The notes under the pieces are model-generated. The model worked only from the letters and a program-made list of their open reading frames with translations. It was not told the origin of the DNA and did no database searches. Below are positions 48,591-61,598 of a stretch of 64,000 nt of DNA, piece by piece (the stretch's first letter is position 1; the number at the start of each line of letters is the position of its first letter). This DNA is from Camelus dromedarius. Its lineage: Eukaryota. The stretch lies in NCBI RefSeq assembly GCF_036321535.1, contig NC_087437.1:15130001-15194000 (forward strand), in the 5' to 3' direction. Made by a program: the position numbers and the translations under genes.

Positions 48591-51099
48591 GACCTACAGA
48601 AGGAAGAGTCAGGCAAGGTCTGAAGACTTTTTCAGCATCCTTGATTCTGAAATACAGTGCCCTGGGATTCTTTTCCCCCAGATAAACTCTGCTCTCAACG
48701 CCCCTGTCAGGCTAAGACTTGGGTTTGCATTTGGACTGGTGGTTCTTAATGGGAATCCTCTGAAAGTCTTCCACGGAAGGAGGGTGCACATGTGCATATT
48801 GTGGAAGTGCAGAGACTCCCTGGGGTGGGGGATGCACCAGGATCTGGAGTAAGGGTCTCTGGAGGCGGGCATGCAGGAGTTAGGATTAGGCTGGGAATTT
48901 AGAAGGAGGCAGGAGCCCTTCCCGGGCAGTTCCCACAGCCCTCGGCACTCATTTTGTGTCTGCCTCTCAGCAGCCTTCCCGTGGTCAGTGAGTTCTTGAG
49001 GGCACGGACCATGCTTTATTCCCACCATGTGTGCCGCAGAGAAGGGCCTCTGTAAGTCTGTTGGGAAAGTTAACAGAACAAACTCTTGGTAACTCTCAAT
49101 TCAAGTCTCCTCTGTCTTTGTCTGTAGCACCGTAGGCACCTGCATCCAACTGGTGCTCAATAAGTGTCTGCAGCCAACTGTTTGTTCCCCAAATAAACCC
49201 TGCCCCACAGTCAATATGGACTACTCAAACTTTCCCAAGCACACCTCCTGTTCTCCAGCTTCCCAGCCCTGTCTGTGGGGTCGTCTTCCCAGGCCCCTCT
49301 GCACCAGCTGACATTCTGAGCATCCTTTGTGGGCCTCCTTTCCTGGGACATCTTCTCTGACCAGCCTAACCCAAACCCAGCATAAACGCCAGTCAAAGAC
49401 CTCCAAGGACTTTCCTCGGTTCCACATGAGACTGCCGGACTCTCAACACTCACCCACACCCCAGCCCCAACCTTCTTCGCAGCCCTTATCCTGATCCCAA
49501 CACCAGACAGACTGTCTGTCCTGACAGGGAACAGTCAGCCGTGTCCAAAGATGGTAGGTGTGTACCCGCCCTCCCGGCTGGGCCAGGGCGCACGCCTGCA
49601 CGTGCTCCCTCACATGCTCGCCCTCTCTCAGGAGACACCATGCTGGATGGCTAAACAAGAAGCTGTGGACAAGCCACCCTCCCCCAACAGAAAGAAGTAG
49701 AGGTTTTAGAGAGCCCCGAGTGGGTGGTCAGGATGTCTGCACGGGTGACCTTGGAAAAGTCACCGCAGAGCCTCAGATTCCCCAGCTGTGAAATGAGGAG
49801 CAGGACCACACCATCTTTACCATCTCTCTCAGCGCCAGAGTCCTGACACATTGAAAGTGCCTGACTGGACCATAAGAACGAAATACTCCACAGTGTCTGG
49901 AGAAGGAGAAGGGGAGGAGATGCTTAGGGGGTCTGTGGCCCGCACCTCTGCGCTCCAGGCCTGGGGCTCCCCTGTCCGCCCGGGCCAGCCTGCCTCCAAG
50001 AACTGCCCAGGAGCTGAGGACACGGCCAGCGGGTGGCTGTCGGGCCCCTGGTCGGGTTTGCCGCGCTGTGCTGTGTGGTGAGTCCTGGCCTGTGATCAGC
50101 TGTCCCGCTGCATTGGAGGCAGATTTCCCAGGAGTGAGCCCAGAAATTGGCTCCCAATTTCGGAGGAGGGAGAACAAATTGATTCCAAGGAAGGGTTATT
50201 TTTTCCAGAACATTAAAGCCAGCTGTTGTTTCTGCAGCCTGCGGGGCCCCCCACCCCGTCATCCCCAGGGTGGCCGGCAGCCCCCGTCCCCAAACCTGGG
50301 ACCTGGGAAAGACGTTCTCCCCCGTCCTTTCATCCCCTTACCCGCCCCGGCTCCCTCTCACTTCTGACAAGCAGCACTTCCGCTGGGATTCTCCACCTTG
50401 GACTTGCTCCCGGGAAATTCTGGAAGCATCAGATAGTGCAGATTGTTATCATTATGATGATTCTGGGTTTAACCTCCTGGCCCTGCGTCACCAAGAATTG
50501 GGGGCTCTTTCTTAGAACCACATGGGGCGAGAGGCCTTTCTTCCGCTCACCCCCTAAATCGGTCTTTCTTTTCTTCCCTCAACCTTGGATCCTCGTCCTC
50601 CGCCCGCCCTCCCCGCCTCCTGCAGGCTTTGTCTGAAGCCTTGGGTCTCAGGGAAGCACACAGGCCCAGGTGATCTTGCCCTCCCGCCTGACCTTCATGG
50701 TCATCAGATCCTGGCCTCTCTCTAGGGCTGCTTCCCAGCGTGAAGCCAGCGTCTTGGAACCTGCCTCCAAAAGGCTTAGGGGCTCTGCCAACGTTTGGTC
50801 TGAATGTTTTTAATACGAAGATTTCCCCTACTCTTCAAAATTGTAATGAAAACGACACGCCCACGTAAATGTGTTGCACACGAATCTTAGTACATCGACA
50901 GCTACTGACACATTAACTAAGGCCGCGGCAGGAACTTGCTTTTTGTGCAGACCTCAGAATAAAACTTTTATTGAATTCAAGGCGGACCCAGGAGCGTCAA
51001 GAGAGCTGACTTGAAAAAAAGAAGAATACTTTTAAACAACGGCAAGTACTTCTCTATGTGAAACAGGATTTCTTGATCTCGTCCAATCAAAATAGATGG

Positions 51100-51299
51100 C
51101 AGTGGTTCTCAACAGGGGTGACTGACACCTGACAATGTCTGGAGACATTTTTGGTTTTCATACGTGAGGGGAGTGTTACTACCGACATCTAGTGGGTGGA
51201 GGCTAGGAATGCTGGTTAACATCCTGCAGTGCTCAGGACACCCCCAACAAAGAAGTCCCTGACCCCCAAATGTTAATGGTGCTGAGTGCAAGAACCTTG
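51100..51299. mobile_element. MER20 hAT-Charlie element
   Basis: CAGTGGTTCTCAAC..CAATGTCTGGAGACATTTTTGGTT..CATCTAGTGGGTGGAGGCTAGGAATGCTG..AACATCCTGCAGTGC..CCAAATGTTAAT. Confidence 0.9.
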
Positions 51300-52858
51300 A
51301 TATGTGGGAAGGCACTGGACGCCTAGGTTGGCGTGAGAGTCTAACTGATTTCCATAACCCTGGATTTCAAGTGGTTATGTTGATCAAAACTGCCTGGTTG
51401 TTCTCACCAATCAGCTTAATAAGTAAACCTTACAGGGAGGAAGGCACCAAAAGAAAGTTATGCTTAATAAAACACTGTTTACATGGGGTTCCAGTTAAGA
51501 GTTTTTTAAAAACAAAAATCTGTAGCTATAAAAGTCCATGTCCAGCTGGGCCGGTGTCTGCTCATGGTGGTCCCGACACCCTGACTCTCTGGCTCCGGCC
51601 TGTCTCACTCAGCCACCCTCCTGGTTGCAGGAGAGACACAGCCCCCTCTGGGGTTCCCAGCCTGCAGGGAAGGGGGCTTATGGTGCTGGTGGAGTGTAGG
51701 CCCCACGGGAGCAGAGGTTGTGGTCCGCTTTGTGCCTGAGGCTAGTGAGTGCTCATTAAACACATTGAATGAAAGAGACACTTACGGCCAAGGTCTTCGG
51801 GGCCTGGAGGTTCTCCCCGACCCCTTCGGAGGGCAGGAAGGGGGGTTGGGCTGTGCCTGTCCTGCTGCTCTGGCCTAGCAGCTCATGTTGCTGCTGAGGG
51901 AGTCCTGAACACCCACTCCCAGAAGACTGGCTCCTTTGAAGGAGCCTCTGACATCACAGGCACACCTCCCTCCCCAAGTCCCGTGGTCGGAGTGTCTGTC
52001 TAGACACCACCCGGAGCAGCCCCAAGTCTTCCCTTTGATCTTTGAAGGCTCTTCCCAGCTTCCCATGCACTCCCTGGAGAGGCTCCCAGGGGGCGGAGGA
52101 GGCGGGGAACGGCTTTGGGCTGATGCTCAGGGCACGTTCATCTGCAGCTTCTACAGCTAAGAGGTATTTCCAAAGTGCCGTCCCTCCCCAGGGCACAGGA
52201 AAGGGCCCCGTGAGTCATCGACAGGGCCCACCTGTGCCTTCTGGAGCCTCACCTGGGTGAGCAGATGCCCCGGCCTGGGGTTCCAGTGCAGCAGCCTCTC
52301 CCTCTATGAGCCAAGCTCTTTTTTCACTGGAGCCTCCACCAGGCACCTGCCATGTGCCAGGCCCTCAATGGCACTCCCAGCTTGCCCCACTGAAGGTCAC
52401 AATTCACCACTGTAGGGAAGAGCTTTGTAAGGTCCGAGTCCCAGAAGGCAGGTATCTCAGCCCAGAACTGTTAGCGTCCCAGCTGAGGTCACTTCTTTAC
52501 TCCTGTCCATGCAGGGGACACTATGGAATGACTTCTGGGCCAGGGTGGCGGTGTAACCCAGCAAGACCCTATTGTCATCAGTGACCATACGGTATTTGTA
52601 ACTGCTTAATGTATGGTAGTGTATATGGCTTTTCTCACACTCCTGCCGACCAGGGTTGGGCTGGAGACGAGGGAGGCTTGGGTGGTCCACCCAGCCGCTG
52701 CGTGGTGCCGTGTGCAGGGATCACGCACAGCGCCCTGCTTTTGCTCCTGACACCACAGAAATGGCAGCTGGGTTTCTGCGCACATGCGCAGTTATTTTTA
52801 GTCCCTTGTGGTTTGTTTTTTTGTTGCTTGAGGTGCAGGTCCCAGCCTGTGCAAATAC

Positions 52859-53284
52859 TGCAGCAAGAGGTCCCAGGCTTTAGCCTACCTAAAATGCTAG
52901 AAGCATTTATCAGTCTGACTTTTAAACTGCACAAAGTTTTCTCTAGAGCACTTTTCAGGCACAAGAACATTAGGAGATTCCCAAGGCAGGAGGGAAACAC
53001 CATACCCAGCAGAGAAGGAAGGGGACCATTGCATATGCAAAAACAATATGCAACAATTTGTTACCCTGTACGTGATCTCTATGGAAACCAGCATCACCTC
53101 TTGAACTTTTCGTATAAAACCCCCTGCCTTCTTTCCCCGGGAGGCTCACAATCTTGGAGGCATTAGCCTATTGTGACCTCCTTTGCCTGGCAAAGAAATA
53201 AATCTGCCTTTTCTGCTTCATCCAAAACTCTGTCCTCAAGTCTCAGTTAGGTAATCGGGGTACAGAGGGCAAGTTTTGGCAACA
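52859..53284 (+). mobile_element. ERV1-class solo LTR
   Basis: TATAAAA 53113-53119, CTTTGCCTGGCAAAGAAATAAA poly(A) region, end ..TTTTGGCAACA. 5' boundary uncertain. Confidence 0.7.
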
Positions 53285-53499
53285 GTGGGCTCAGCAGATG
53301 GTCTCAGCTCTGCTAGGTCACGAGTTCCCTGAGGGCAGGGACTTTGTCCTATTCATCCTTGAACCCCCAGAGCGGGCCTGTGAATGTTGGCAAGGCCCTG
53401 GGCTGTGGTGGCAGGATGGCAGATGCCCTACCCACCATGCCTGGACCGCCCTGCCCTGGCCAAGGGCCACCATCGCCAGGTGGGCTCTCTTGATGGGCC

Positions 53500-53705
53500 A
53501 TGAAGGCTTCCACCCTGGCCCCACCACCTCCAGACTCTGTGACCTCAGGCAAATTGCCTAAGGTCACCAAAGTCTAGATCTCAGCTGTAAGATGGTACAG
53601 TAATACCACCTAGCTTGTTCGGCGGCTGTGAGCATGAGATGGTGTGATCCCTGCTGAGCGCTCGGAACCGTGTGGGCACGCAGTAAGCCCTCCATTCATG
53701 TTGGC
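53500..53705 (+). mobile_element. MIR SINE
   Basis: CTGTGACCTCAGGCAAATT..CTCAGCTGTAAGATGG..TAATACC..GGCTGTGAG..TGAGATG. Confidence 0.6.
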
Positions 53706-54649
53706 CACCACCAGTATTATATCCCTGCAGAGACTGGCAGCCTGCAGGTCAGAACTGGCCGCTGGAGGACACCTGTTTTCCTCCTGACTCCTGGGTCCCT
53801 GTCTTGCTTCATAGTCCCGTCCTGATGTGGTTTCTTAAAGGAGGAGCAGGAAGCACCCCAACCACGCCTCCTGGAAGGCGCTGCTGTGTGGCCAGAACAA
53901 AGCCTCCAACAGGGTGTCCAGAGACTCAGACACCGGAGGACCTTTCTGGCCCCAGACTTACAGATGCAAAGACCTGCAAAGCAACCCCCTTCCCCGCCCC
54001 AACTTCCTCACTGAAAGCCCGGAGAATGGAGGGGCTCCAAGCTCAGCCTTGACCTCTAACTTCGGGGAAGGCGCTTCCTTGCAGAAGCTATTCAACTCGC
54101 AGAGACCTTGGGGGAGAGGAGGGGTGCGTGCCGGCCAGGACACCAAGGGAAAGGGCGTTGTTTACAGTTCTTCCGACTCTATTGTTTCCAAGGACACAGT
54201 GTGGCCATTTCCCACAACAATGGCGTGATGGGGTCAGAATTCCTCGCATCTGTTTGTTTATAACAGAAGTCACCATTTCACCAAAACTGTTTACTAAAAA
54301 CTGTCTTCCGGTATCAAATTCGAAGATTTTGGTCTAAATGTGACTGGCGGGTTTACTTGCTACAGGGTTCCTGCAAAGCTGGGGCCAGGCTTGGCCAGGC
54401 TGCAGGAGTGGAAGGGGCGGCCCCGCAGACGCCCTGCCCCTGAAGAGCCTTGCAGGGCTGAGGAGCCTTGCAGAGCAGCTGCCCTGCGCAGTGGGCCCAG
54501 AGGGAGCAAGACTTGGTCTTCCTCAAGCCTGCGTCTCTAAGCACTGCAAGTTATGGGCAGTGAGGAGAAGCTGAAGCCCATTGCGAGGTTTGTTTTGCTG
54601 AGTCGGATGGCGAGGTTGGGGGTATCCTGGGTCTTTCCTGGACAGCTCA

Positions 54650-55530
54650 GTGTCTGCTCCTCCCACCCCTTCCCCATCTCCACTTTCTGGGGTCTCAGGA
54701 CAAAAAATGGCGCCTCTCCCTCCCACATCCCACTTCTCATCCATCAACAACCCCTGCTGGTCCTACCCTCAGTATCTGGACCACCTCCCATCACCTCCCC
54801 GGCGGCCGCCCCACCACAAGCACCATCTTCCACCTGGGTCATTGTCAGGACTTCCTTGCTGTTCTCCCTGCTTCTGCCTTCATGCCTCTACGGTCTGCTC
54901 TCTACATGGCTGCAGAGCAATCATTTCAGAGTTAGCCTGGTGTTTTCACTCTTCCAGAATATTTCAGAGTCCAGAGGACCCTTCCCAGCTCACATGGAGT
55001 CAAATCCAAAGTCCTTTCCAAGGCCGTACATCCATGTCCAGGTGGCCTGTGCCTTCCATGGCCTGTACAATCTGCTCCCACCCACCCCACCCCACCCCCA
55101 GCACACTTACCTTGGGCCTCATCTCTTACCCCCGCCCCCTTGCTCACCCCTCCCAAGCACACACTGGGCCCTGGTTCTTCCCTGAACCCCCCAGCCCCCA
55201 CAGCCCAGCTGTTCCCTCCTCTCCCACATAGCCTTCCTCGCTTCCTTGAGTCCCTGCTTGGGTACCTCTTCAACAGAGAGCCCTTCCCTGACCGTCCTGA
55301 CAAACTGCCAGTGTCCACCCCACTGCACACCCTCGTCTTGTCCGCTACTTGCTTCACAGCATTGCTGACACCTTAGCTCTCTGTTTGTGGCTCATTTATT
55401 CATCGTGAGCATCAACAGCTCCTCAAGGGCCAGATGTGGTGGTGTTCACAGCTCTATCCCCGCTGCCCAGCAGTCCACACCAGGACCTCCAATAAGACGT
55501 GTTGAATAAGTGATGATTAGATGAGTAGAT
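54650..55530 (+). mobile_element. LINE-2 3' portion
   Basis: Pyrimidine-rich L2-like body (AAATCCAAAGTCCTT; TCAACAGAGAGCCCTTCCCTGACC) ending CAATAAGACGTGTTGAATAAGTGA. Confidence 0.7.
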
Positions 55531-56489
55531 GCTGAGGGCAGCCCCAGACAGCCATGATTTCTCTCTTCCACTCACAGTTGATGGGGTCAGTTACCACCAA
55601 CCCCCAGGCAGGCCAGCACCTAGCAGGTCAGGAGGAGAAAGCTCAGCCCTCATGCATGGTGGGAATTTGTGGGCCAACCCCACATCAGTCTCTAGTGCCC
55701 TCTTTCTCAGGAGTCTAGGGAGAAGATTAGCCAGGAGGTAGCAAGAAAGAGAAGTTACCCACTGAGGGTCCCCAGCTGCAGAGACAGTGGCTTCCCACGG
55801 AAAGGCCACAGGTCCACAGATGAGGCCCCAGGCTGCCCCAGGCTGCCCCAGCCCTCTGCTTCCAGGTATTCAAGTGCCACTGGGAGCCATCAGGCCAGGG
55901 TGAAGAGCTGTTCCAGCCACACGTACAATATGGTGCTGCTAGTGTCGATGTTAGGATTGGGAGCAAGGTACGGGAGGGTTACTGTGCATGAGTAAGTCCT
56001 GTGTGGGACAGAGGACTGCCTTCGGTGGCCTCTGGCTGGTCCAGCTGGTCGGGGAAAGCGCTCCAGAGAAGGAGGGCCAGAAAGCATGCTCACAACATCA
56101 ACAGGCAATCATGAACTTGGGAGGGTATTCCAGGTAGAAGAAATTAAATACAATAAGAAACAACAAAATTGTTTACTGAGCAGGGGCTGAGAAACTGGAA
56201 AACAATCTTGCAGATTGGCTAAAGTGTAGGATTCACCCTGTGGAGACCAGAAAGAGATGATCAGATTTCTCCAGCACCTACTGTGCACCAGGCCCGGTGC
56301 TCAGTGCAGGAAGGTGAATCAGGCCTGATTTTCCCCACCCTATCACAGCCTGCACGGGGGAGTGATGCCAGAAATAGTGTGTAGCCAACACACATACACA
56401 CACAAACGGAGAAGACATACTTGGAATGAGAGCTTGCTTGATGGCCTTTGTCAAGCCTCTGAAACTATTTCTCCCAGAAGAAGACAGCA

Positions 56490-57085
56490 GCGATATAGGA
56501 AAATGAGGTCCAAGAGGATGGCCGTGTCTCAGGTCTCAGGCAAGTCCCTGGGACATGCCCTGCCAAGGGAGGCTTCACGCAGGAAAGAATTCAAGAGTGA
56601 GCCACAGTTGAGTAAAAGTTAATTTATTCAGAAATACACACTCCATATACGGGCCTTCTCAAAAGGCAAGAGAAAGGTCTAGGAGATACACGTTCCCTAG
56701 GCAGAGTGTAGGCCATCTTACTCAGAAGGGAGAGTGGTGGCCTCGGAGGATGGGGTTGGCTAGGAAAAGTGAGATTGACCACGAGGTAGTTAGTTTTTAT
56801 GGGCTGGGTAACTTCATATGCTAACAAGTGGGAGGATTATTCCAACTCCTTTGGGGAAGAGGCTGGGATTCCCAGGACCTGGGCCATCACCCGCTTTTTG
56901 ACCTTTCACGGTCAGCCTTGAAACTGTCCTGGCGCCTGTGGGAGTGTCATTCAGCAGCTATTGTATTTCAATAAGTGTACACTGAAGCGCAAGGTCCAGT
57001 GGGAGTTGAATCTTCCGTCATCTTGGTGCCAATTGTTGTGTCATTCTTTTCATGGCTGAGCCCTGCCCCCTTCCCTCTGGTCTCA
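56490..57085 (-). mobile_element. ERV1-class solo LTR
   Basis: Antisense LTR layout: CAGGAAAGAATTCAAGAGTGAGCC, TTTATT (minus-strand poly(A) signal, about 56623), TTTTTAT (TATA-like, about 56794), right end ..GGTCTCA (minus-strand start TGAGACC). Confidence 0.7.
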
Positions 57086-59025
57086 GTAGCTCTGGAGGAG
57101 CCACAGGGCCACTCAGAGGCTGCCCCCAGCTCCTGTTCTGCAGGCCCCTGGAGACCAGCCTCCCACCTCGAAGCAAATTTCTTCAAGCCGCCCTTGTTCC
57201 TTCCAACAAAAGCACCAGTTAGGTCCTCCCATCAGAAACTAGCGACTCAGTGGTGTCATTAGTGAGAAAAAGCAGAATGCAGAACAGTGTGTGAGTAGGT
57301 GAATTCCGTTTGTGATGTTAAAAGTCACCATACTAGTGGATATATATAGGTTAGCTTTCCGAGGGAACTAAGATGCTGGCAGCATGGGGTGGGAAACAGG
57401 AGCGGGACAGAGATTTCGTTTTTACTGGGCTTTATTACACATTTTGCATTTTGCATCAGGTTTATGTATTACTTAATCAAAATAAGGAATTAATTTTTCA
57501 CATTTTAAAAACTTCCTAAGCTCTAAGGAGCCAGACTGCTTCACAAGCAAGTCCCCAAGCAAGGTGGCCCCCAGGCCTTCCTCACCACTGGGTGCCAGCC
57601 AAGTGCTGTGGTCCCAGGCATGCCACGGGCTCCAGCCCACCCATCCTCAGAGCACCCACGCTGGAAGGCACGTGAGGGACTGTGGAGGCCCTGCGGGCAG
57701 GGGTTCTGGAGCACCAGGCCAATTCTGAACCACTCCCGCAGCTGCAGTCTGAATCAAGGTCCCAGGAGAGGACACCCCATTGACCAGTCCTCAGTCTGGT
57801 GCCCACCCTTGGCAGCATCAGGGTGATAATGGGAGGCCTGAGGCTGGGAGGGGACATCATGCTGGTGCCTGGGACCACCCCTGCCAGGGCTGCCCACAGC
57901 GGAGAAGCTTCACTTACTTCACTGGGTGCTGTTGGGTCCCAGACCACCCCACCTGACCGCACATCCTCCATGGGGAGCTGGAACGCAATGCACTTGAAAG
58001 GACGGGGGGACAAGGCCTGGCGGATGGTGAGATCCAAGGAAGCAGGGGAGTGAGTAACCAGCCCGGAGACTGCGCGCGTTTCCCCCCACAGCGCCCTGCG
58101 AGAGAGATGAGGCTGGGTCTTGAAGAACTGATAAGCTCTTCTGAACACGAAGTTATAATTTCAGGGGCAATTAATGGGATTTGGTTGTATGACTCATGTT
58201 ATAAACCCATCGGGACTAAACCTCCGAACAGTCGGAGTGCCACACCCTGAGCCTGATTCTTGGCAGGAACTGGAGAGCTGAGCACCGGCATCGTCCCTGG
58301 GGATGCTCGGCCGCCCTAGGATGTCGGAGGTGGGTCTGGGGAGCCCAGCATGTCTCTGAACTCTCTGGCTGAGCGGCCTGCTTCTTGGCAATCTTGGGGT
58401 GCCCTGCAGTCTATGGAAGGACATTTTTCTTTTGCGAAAATATTGAAATAATTGGAGCTGAGTGACACAAGTCTGGCCTGAAAATCCCTGCCATGAGTCC
58501 TGAAGCTCAGGCTGCCAAACATCAGTGTTCTCACTAGCTTGGTCAATATTAAACAATGACTTCCGCTCGTGAGTAGTGCTGATTAAATACCGTTTTCTGA
58601 GATTGCTTTTTATTACATTAAAATGTGTAGTTTGGACTAGCTAATAGGGTAACCATACGCCTCACTATTGTTATCAATGTAATATCAACCATGCTGGGGC
58701 AGCCCAAGGGGTTTTCAGTTCTGGCTGATACCAAAAAGTCCAAGGCCTTAAGGAAAACTCTTCTCAGCTACAGACTCAGAGAAAGGATGGGGGCACCACA
58801 CCCCCCGCCCCAGCCCCGATCTCCCTTGGCAGTCAGCCTTTCAAGATGGGGGCTCCGTTGTAACTTCAAAATATTTCTGGTCCCCTCTGTGAGAGCAGCT
58901 TGCTTTGTCCTGCTGTGTGACCATCTGAGAACGGGGCGGGGGTGGGGGTGCTGGGGGCTGGCGGGGGCTGTCTCCAACCTCTGGCAGAGGTCCCTGGGGC
59001 CCTCAACCCCAGCTTGTTTCCCCAA

Positions 59026-59139
59026 GAGGGGGACCAACTGTCTCAGTTTATGCAGGACTGAGGGGGTTCCTAGGGCATGGGACTTTCAGAGCTAAAGCCA
59101 GAAAAGTCCAGGGCAAACAGGGACAAGTTGCTCAACCTT
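59026..59139 (-). mobile_element. MER81 MITE, opposite orientation to the 13.4-kb copy
   Basis: GGGACCAACTGTC..GGACTGAGGGGGTTCC..GGGACTTTCAGAGCTAAA..GGGCAAACAGGGAC..GTTG. Confidence 0.8.
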
Positions 59140-59934
59140 CTCCCCCATCATTCACTCTGATTCACAGGGATGGGGAGGGGCAGTGTGGGCCTGGCAATAA
59201 CAAGTCAAATTGTAATAATTTCTCCCGCAATGTGGTCCACCTGCTCCAGACTCTGTGCCAAGGGCTTTTCATGCATTATCTCATCACACACTTCCTACAA
59301 ATGCTTTCCCCAGGTGTCCCAGAGGTTAAATGACTTGTCCAAGGTCACCCAGACAACAGATGGAGAGGCAGGAATGAGGACACAGGTCTACCTGGAGTCA
59401 AAGCCTCACCCTTCACCTTGGAACGACATGAATATAAACCAATCATTCTACAGTTTCCTATGCCACTTGTTTTTAAAGCTTTGCTTGGGAAACCCTAAAA
59501 GATTTTTGAAACCACTTTGGACTTTTAACTCTGAAGTATTTTATCATATGTCTAAATTGCTTGAAAATAATTTTTGACCTATTGTAAATATTAAATAAAA
59601 CTGTCACGCCACTCTTTAAAATGTATGCAATGATGGAAATGCAAAATAGCACCATCTCTATGGAGGGGAATTTGGTAATATCTAGCAAAGTTACATGAGT
59701 ATTTCCCCCTTTTCTCAGCAGGCCTACTTCTAGGAACCTATCCCAAAGATACACTAGCAAAAAATACAAAACGACATGTTATAAGACCAAAGCACAGTTT
59801 ATAATAGCAAAAGTCTGGAAATCTGCATTTCCAGCAATCAGGGACTGGTATAATAAACCATAGCATGTCAATACAATGGTGCTCCATGCAGCTATGAAGC
59901 AGAATAAAGAAAATTATGAATACATTCTTGGTAT

Positions 59935-60372
59935 TGCTGCTACAAAACCGGACTCTGTTCCCTAAAAACAGGTGGATGCTTGGAGGTAGAGTTTGGAAGC
60001 ATTAGAAAAGAGCAGCTTTATTGCTTTGCCCGGCAAAGGGGAGTCACAGCAGGCTCGTGCCTCAGGGACTGTGGATCCATCTCGGGGTTGGGATCTTATG
60101 AGGTCTTACAGAAAACTGGATGGAACAGAAAAGGTGATAACAGTCAGGGCATTTTACAAGGTGCTACATCCTTACATTCTTTTACGGAGGGGCTGTCCAT
60201 TCTTCTGGGATTATTGGCCCATTACCTTCTTCCTGGTTAAAGCTATTGAATGTTTGTGGGTTGTTTAGCATAAAAAGTAGTAAGAGAGAGAAAGCAAATT
60301 GCAGGATTTCTTAGAAAAAAATCAGCAAACAGTTTTAGCACCAGGGAAGTTAGTTCATTTTCTACTCCTTCA
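59935..60372 (-). mobile_element. ERV1-class solo LTR nested in the L1
   Basis: GCTTTATTGCTTTGCCCGGCAAAGGGGAGTCACAGCAGGCTCGTGCCTC is the antisense counterpart of the poly(A) region of the 52.9-kb LTR; right end CTCCTTCA (minus-strand start TGAAGGAG). Confidence 0.7.
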
Positions 60373-60938
60373 GAATAATCTGCAGGGCATGTATTGTTCT
60401 ATGGGGAAAAGGCAAGGTGTAGAATCATCTGGATAGTATACTAGTTTTTATATAAGTTCTGGGGGAATACATATAAATATATTTGTCTACATTTAAAGAC
60501 AAAAACAACAACAGTTGAAGAGGAAATACAAATGGTTTCCTGTATGGAGAGGAAGTGTAAAGGGTGTAGGGGAAGAGAATGGAAGCCGAATTTCTCTAAA
60601 TTTACTTTGACTTTGCAATCATGTAGATGTTTTAGAGAATAATTAAAGAAAATTAAATGAAATGAACCTAACTGGATATCAAGCTGATGGCTTAATCATG
60701 CAGATAGTTACTATTACTGTATTTTATAACATTAAAATACAGTAATTTGGCTGAATATTTCAAATAAGACATATGATAAAATAAACTGCAAGGAAATCTT
60801 AAATTGCTCAGTTGAATAATTATACTGTGGTGATAATATTAGTAATATTATTTTGAAATTATTATATATTAGGATAAAATAAATAATGGATATTAGTGTT
60901 AGCAGGAATCAAAATTTTTGACATAAGAAAAAAGATAC

Positions 60939-61045
60939 AGGGAGAGGGTGTTGCTCAGTGGTACAGTGTGTGCTTAGCATGCACAAGGTCTTCAATCTCT
61001 AGTACCTCCATTAAAAAATAATAAATAAATAAATAAACAGATGAA

Positions 61046-61080
<35 letters not shown>

Positions 61081-61119
61081 AATCTAATTGCCTCCCTCCT
61101 CAAAAAGAAATTTAAAAAA
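60939..61119 (+). mobile_element. Second Vic-1-type SINE (B box damaged) with a (TAAA)n expansion
   Basis: GGGAGAGGGTGTTGCTCAGTGGTACAGTGTGTGCTTAGCATGCACAAGGTC--TTCAATCTCTAGTACCTCCA, long TAAA run, AATCTAATTGCCTCCC; imperfect TSD AGAAAA(A/G)AGATA. Confidence 0.82.
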
Positions 61120-61598
61120 GAGAGAAAAGAGATATAAATACAAAAATTTTAAAGTTAAGTCAAGTTCTGTAATCTTAAAGTTTAATTTGAAATATGAATA
61201 TTGACTCAAGTTATTTTTATATTTAAAAACAAATACCTATTTCCTAGCTCTGTCCTCTGAAAAGACATAGAATTGATGACTTACCCAGTAGCAATAAGCA
61301 CTCCAGCACCTAGATTATGGTCTCTAAATACCATATCCCAATAAAAGTCTTCTGGGAGAAATGTCCAGAGGCTGAAGCAAGAAATGTACAAGGTAAGCCT
61401 GCAAAACTTTGTTAAACTAGAAAGCAAGGATGCTACCTGAGACTACTGGGGTCATGTCAGAAGATCACAGGAGTCAAGTCCCACTTACCAGATACAGAAT
61501 GATTTGAGCATCAAAATGAATAATGACTGCAGTGAAATATTACATCAAATATACTTAAAAAACTGAATCCATGCATAATAATACAAAAACAAAAACAC

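Noticed and set aside
54442..54477. Imperfect 18-bp tandem (GA(A/G)GAGCCTTGCAG..) and similar short tandems such as 55826-55851
   Set aside because: Two or three short units only; ordinary slippage products, not an array.
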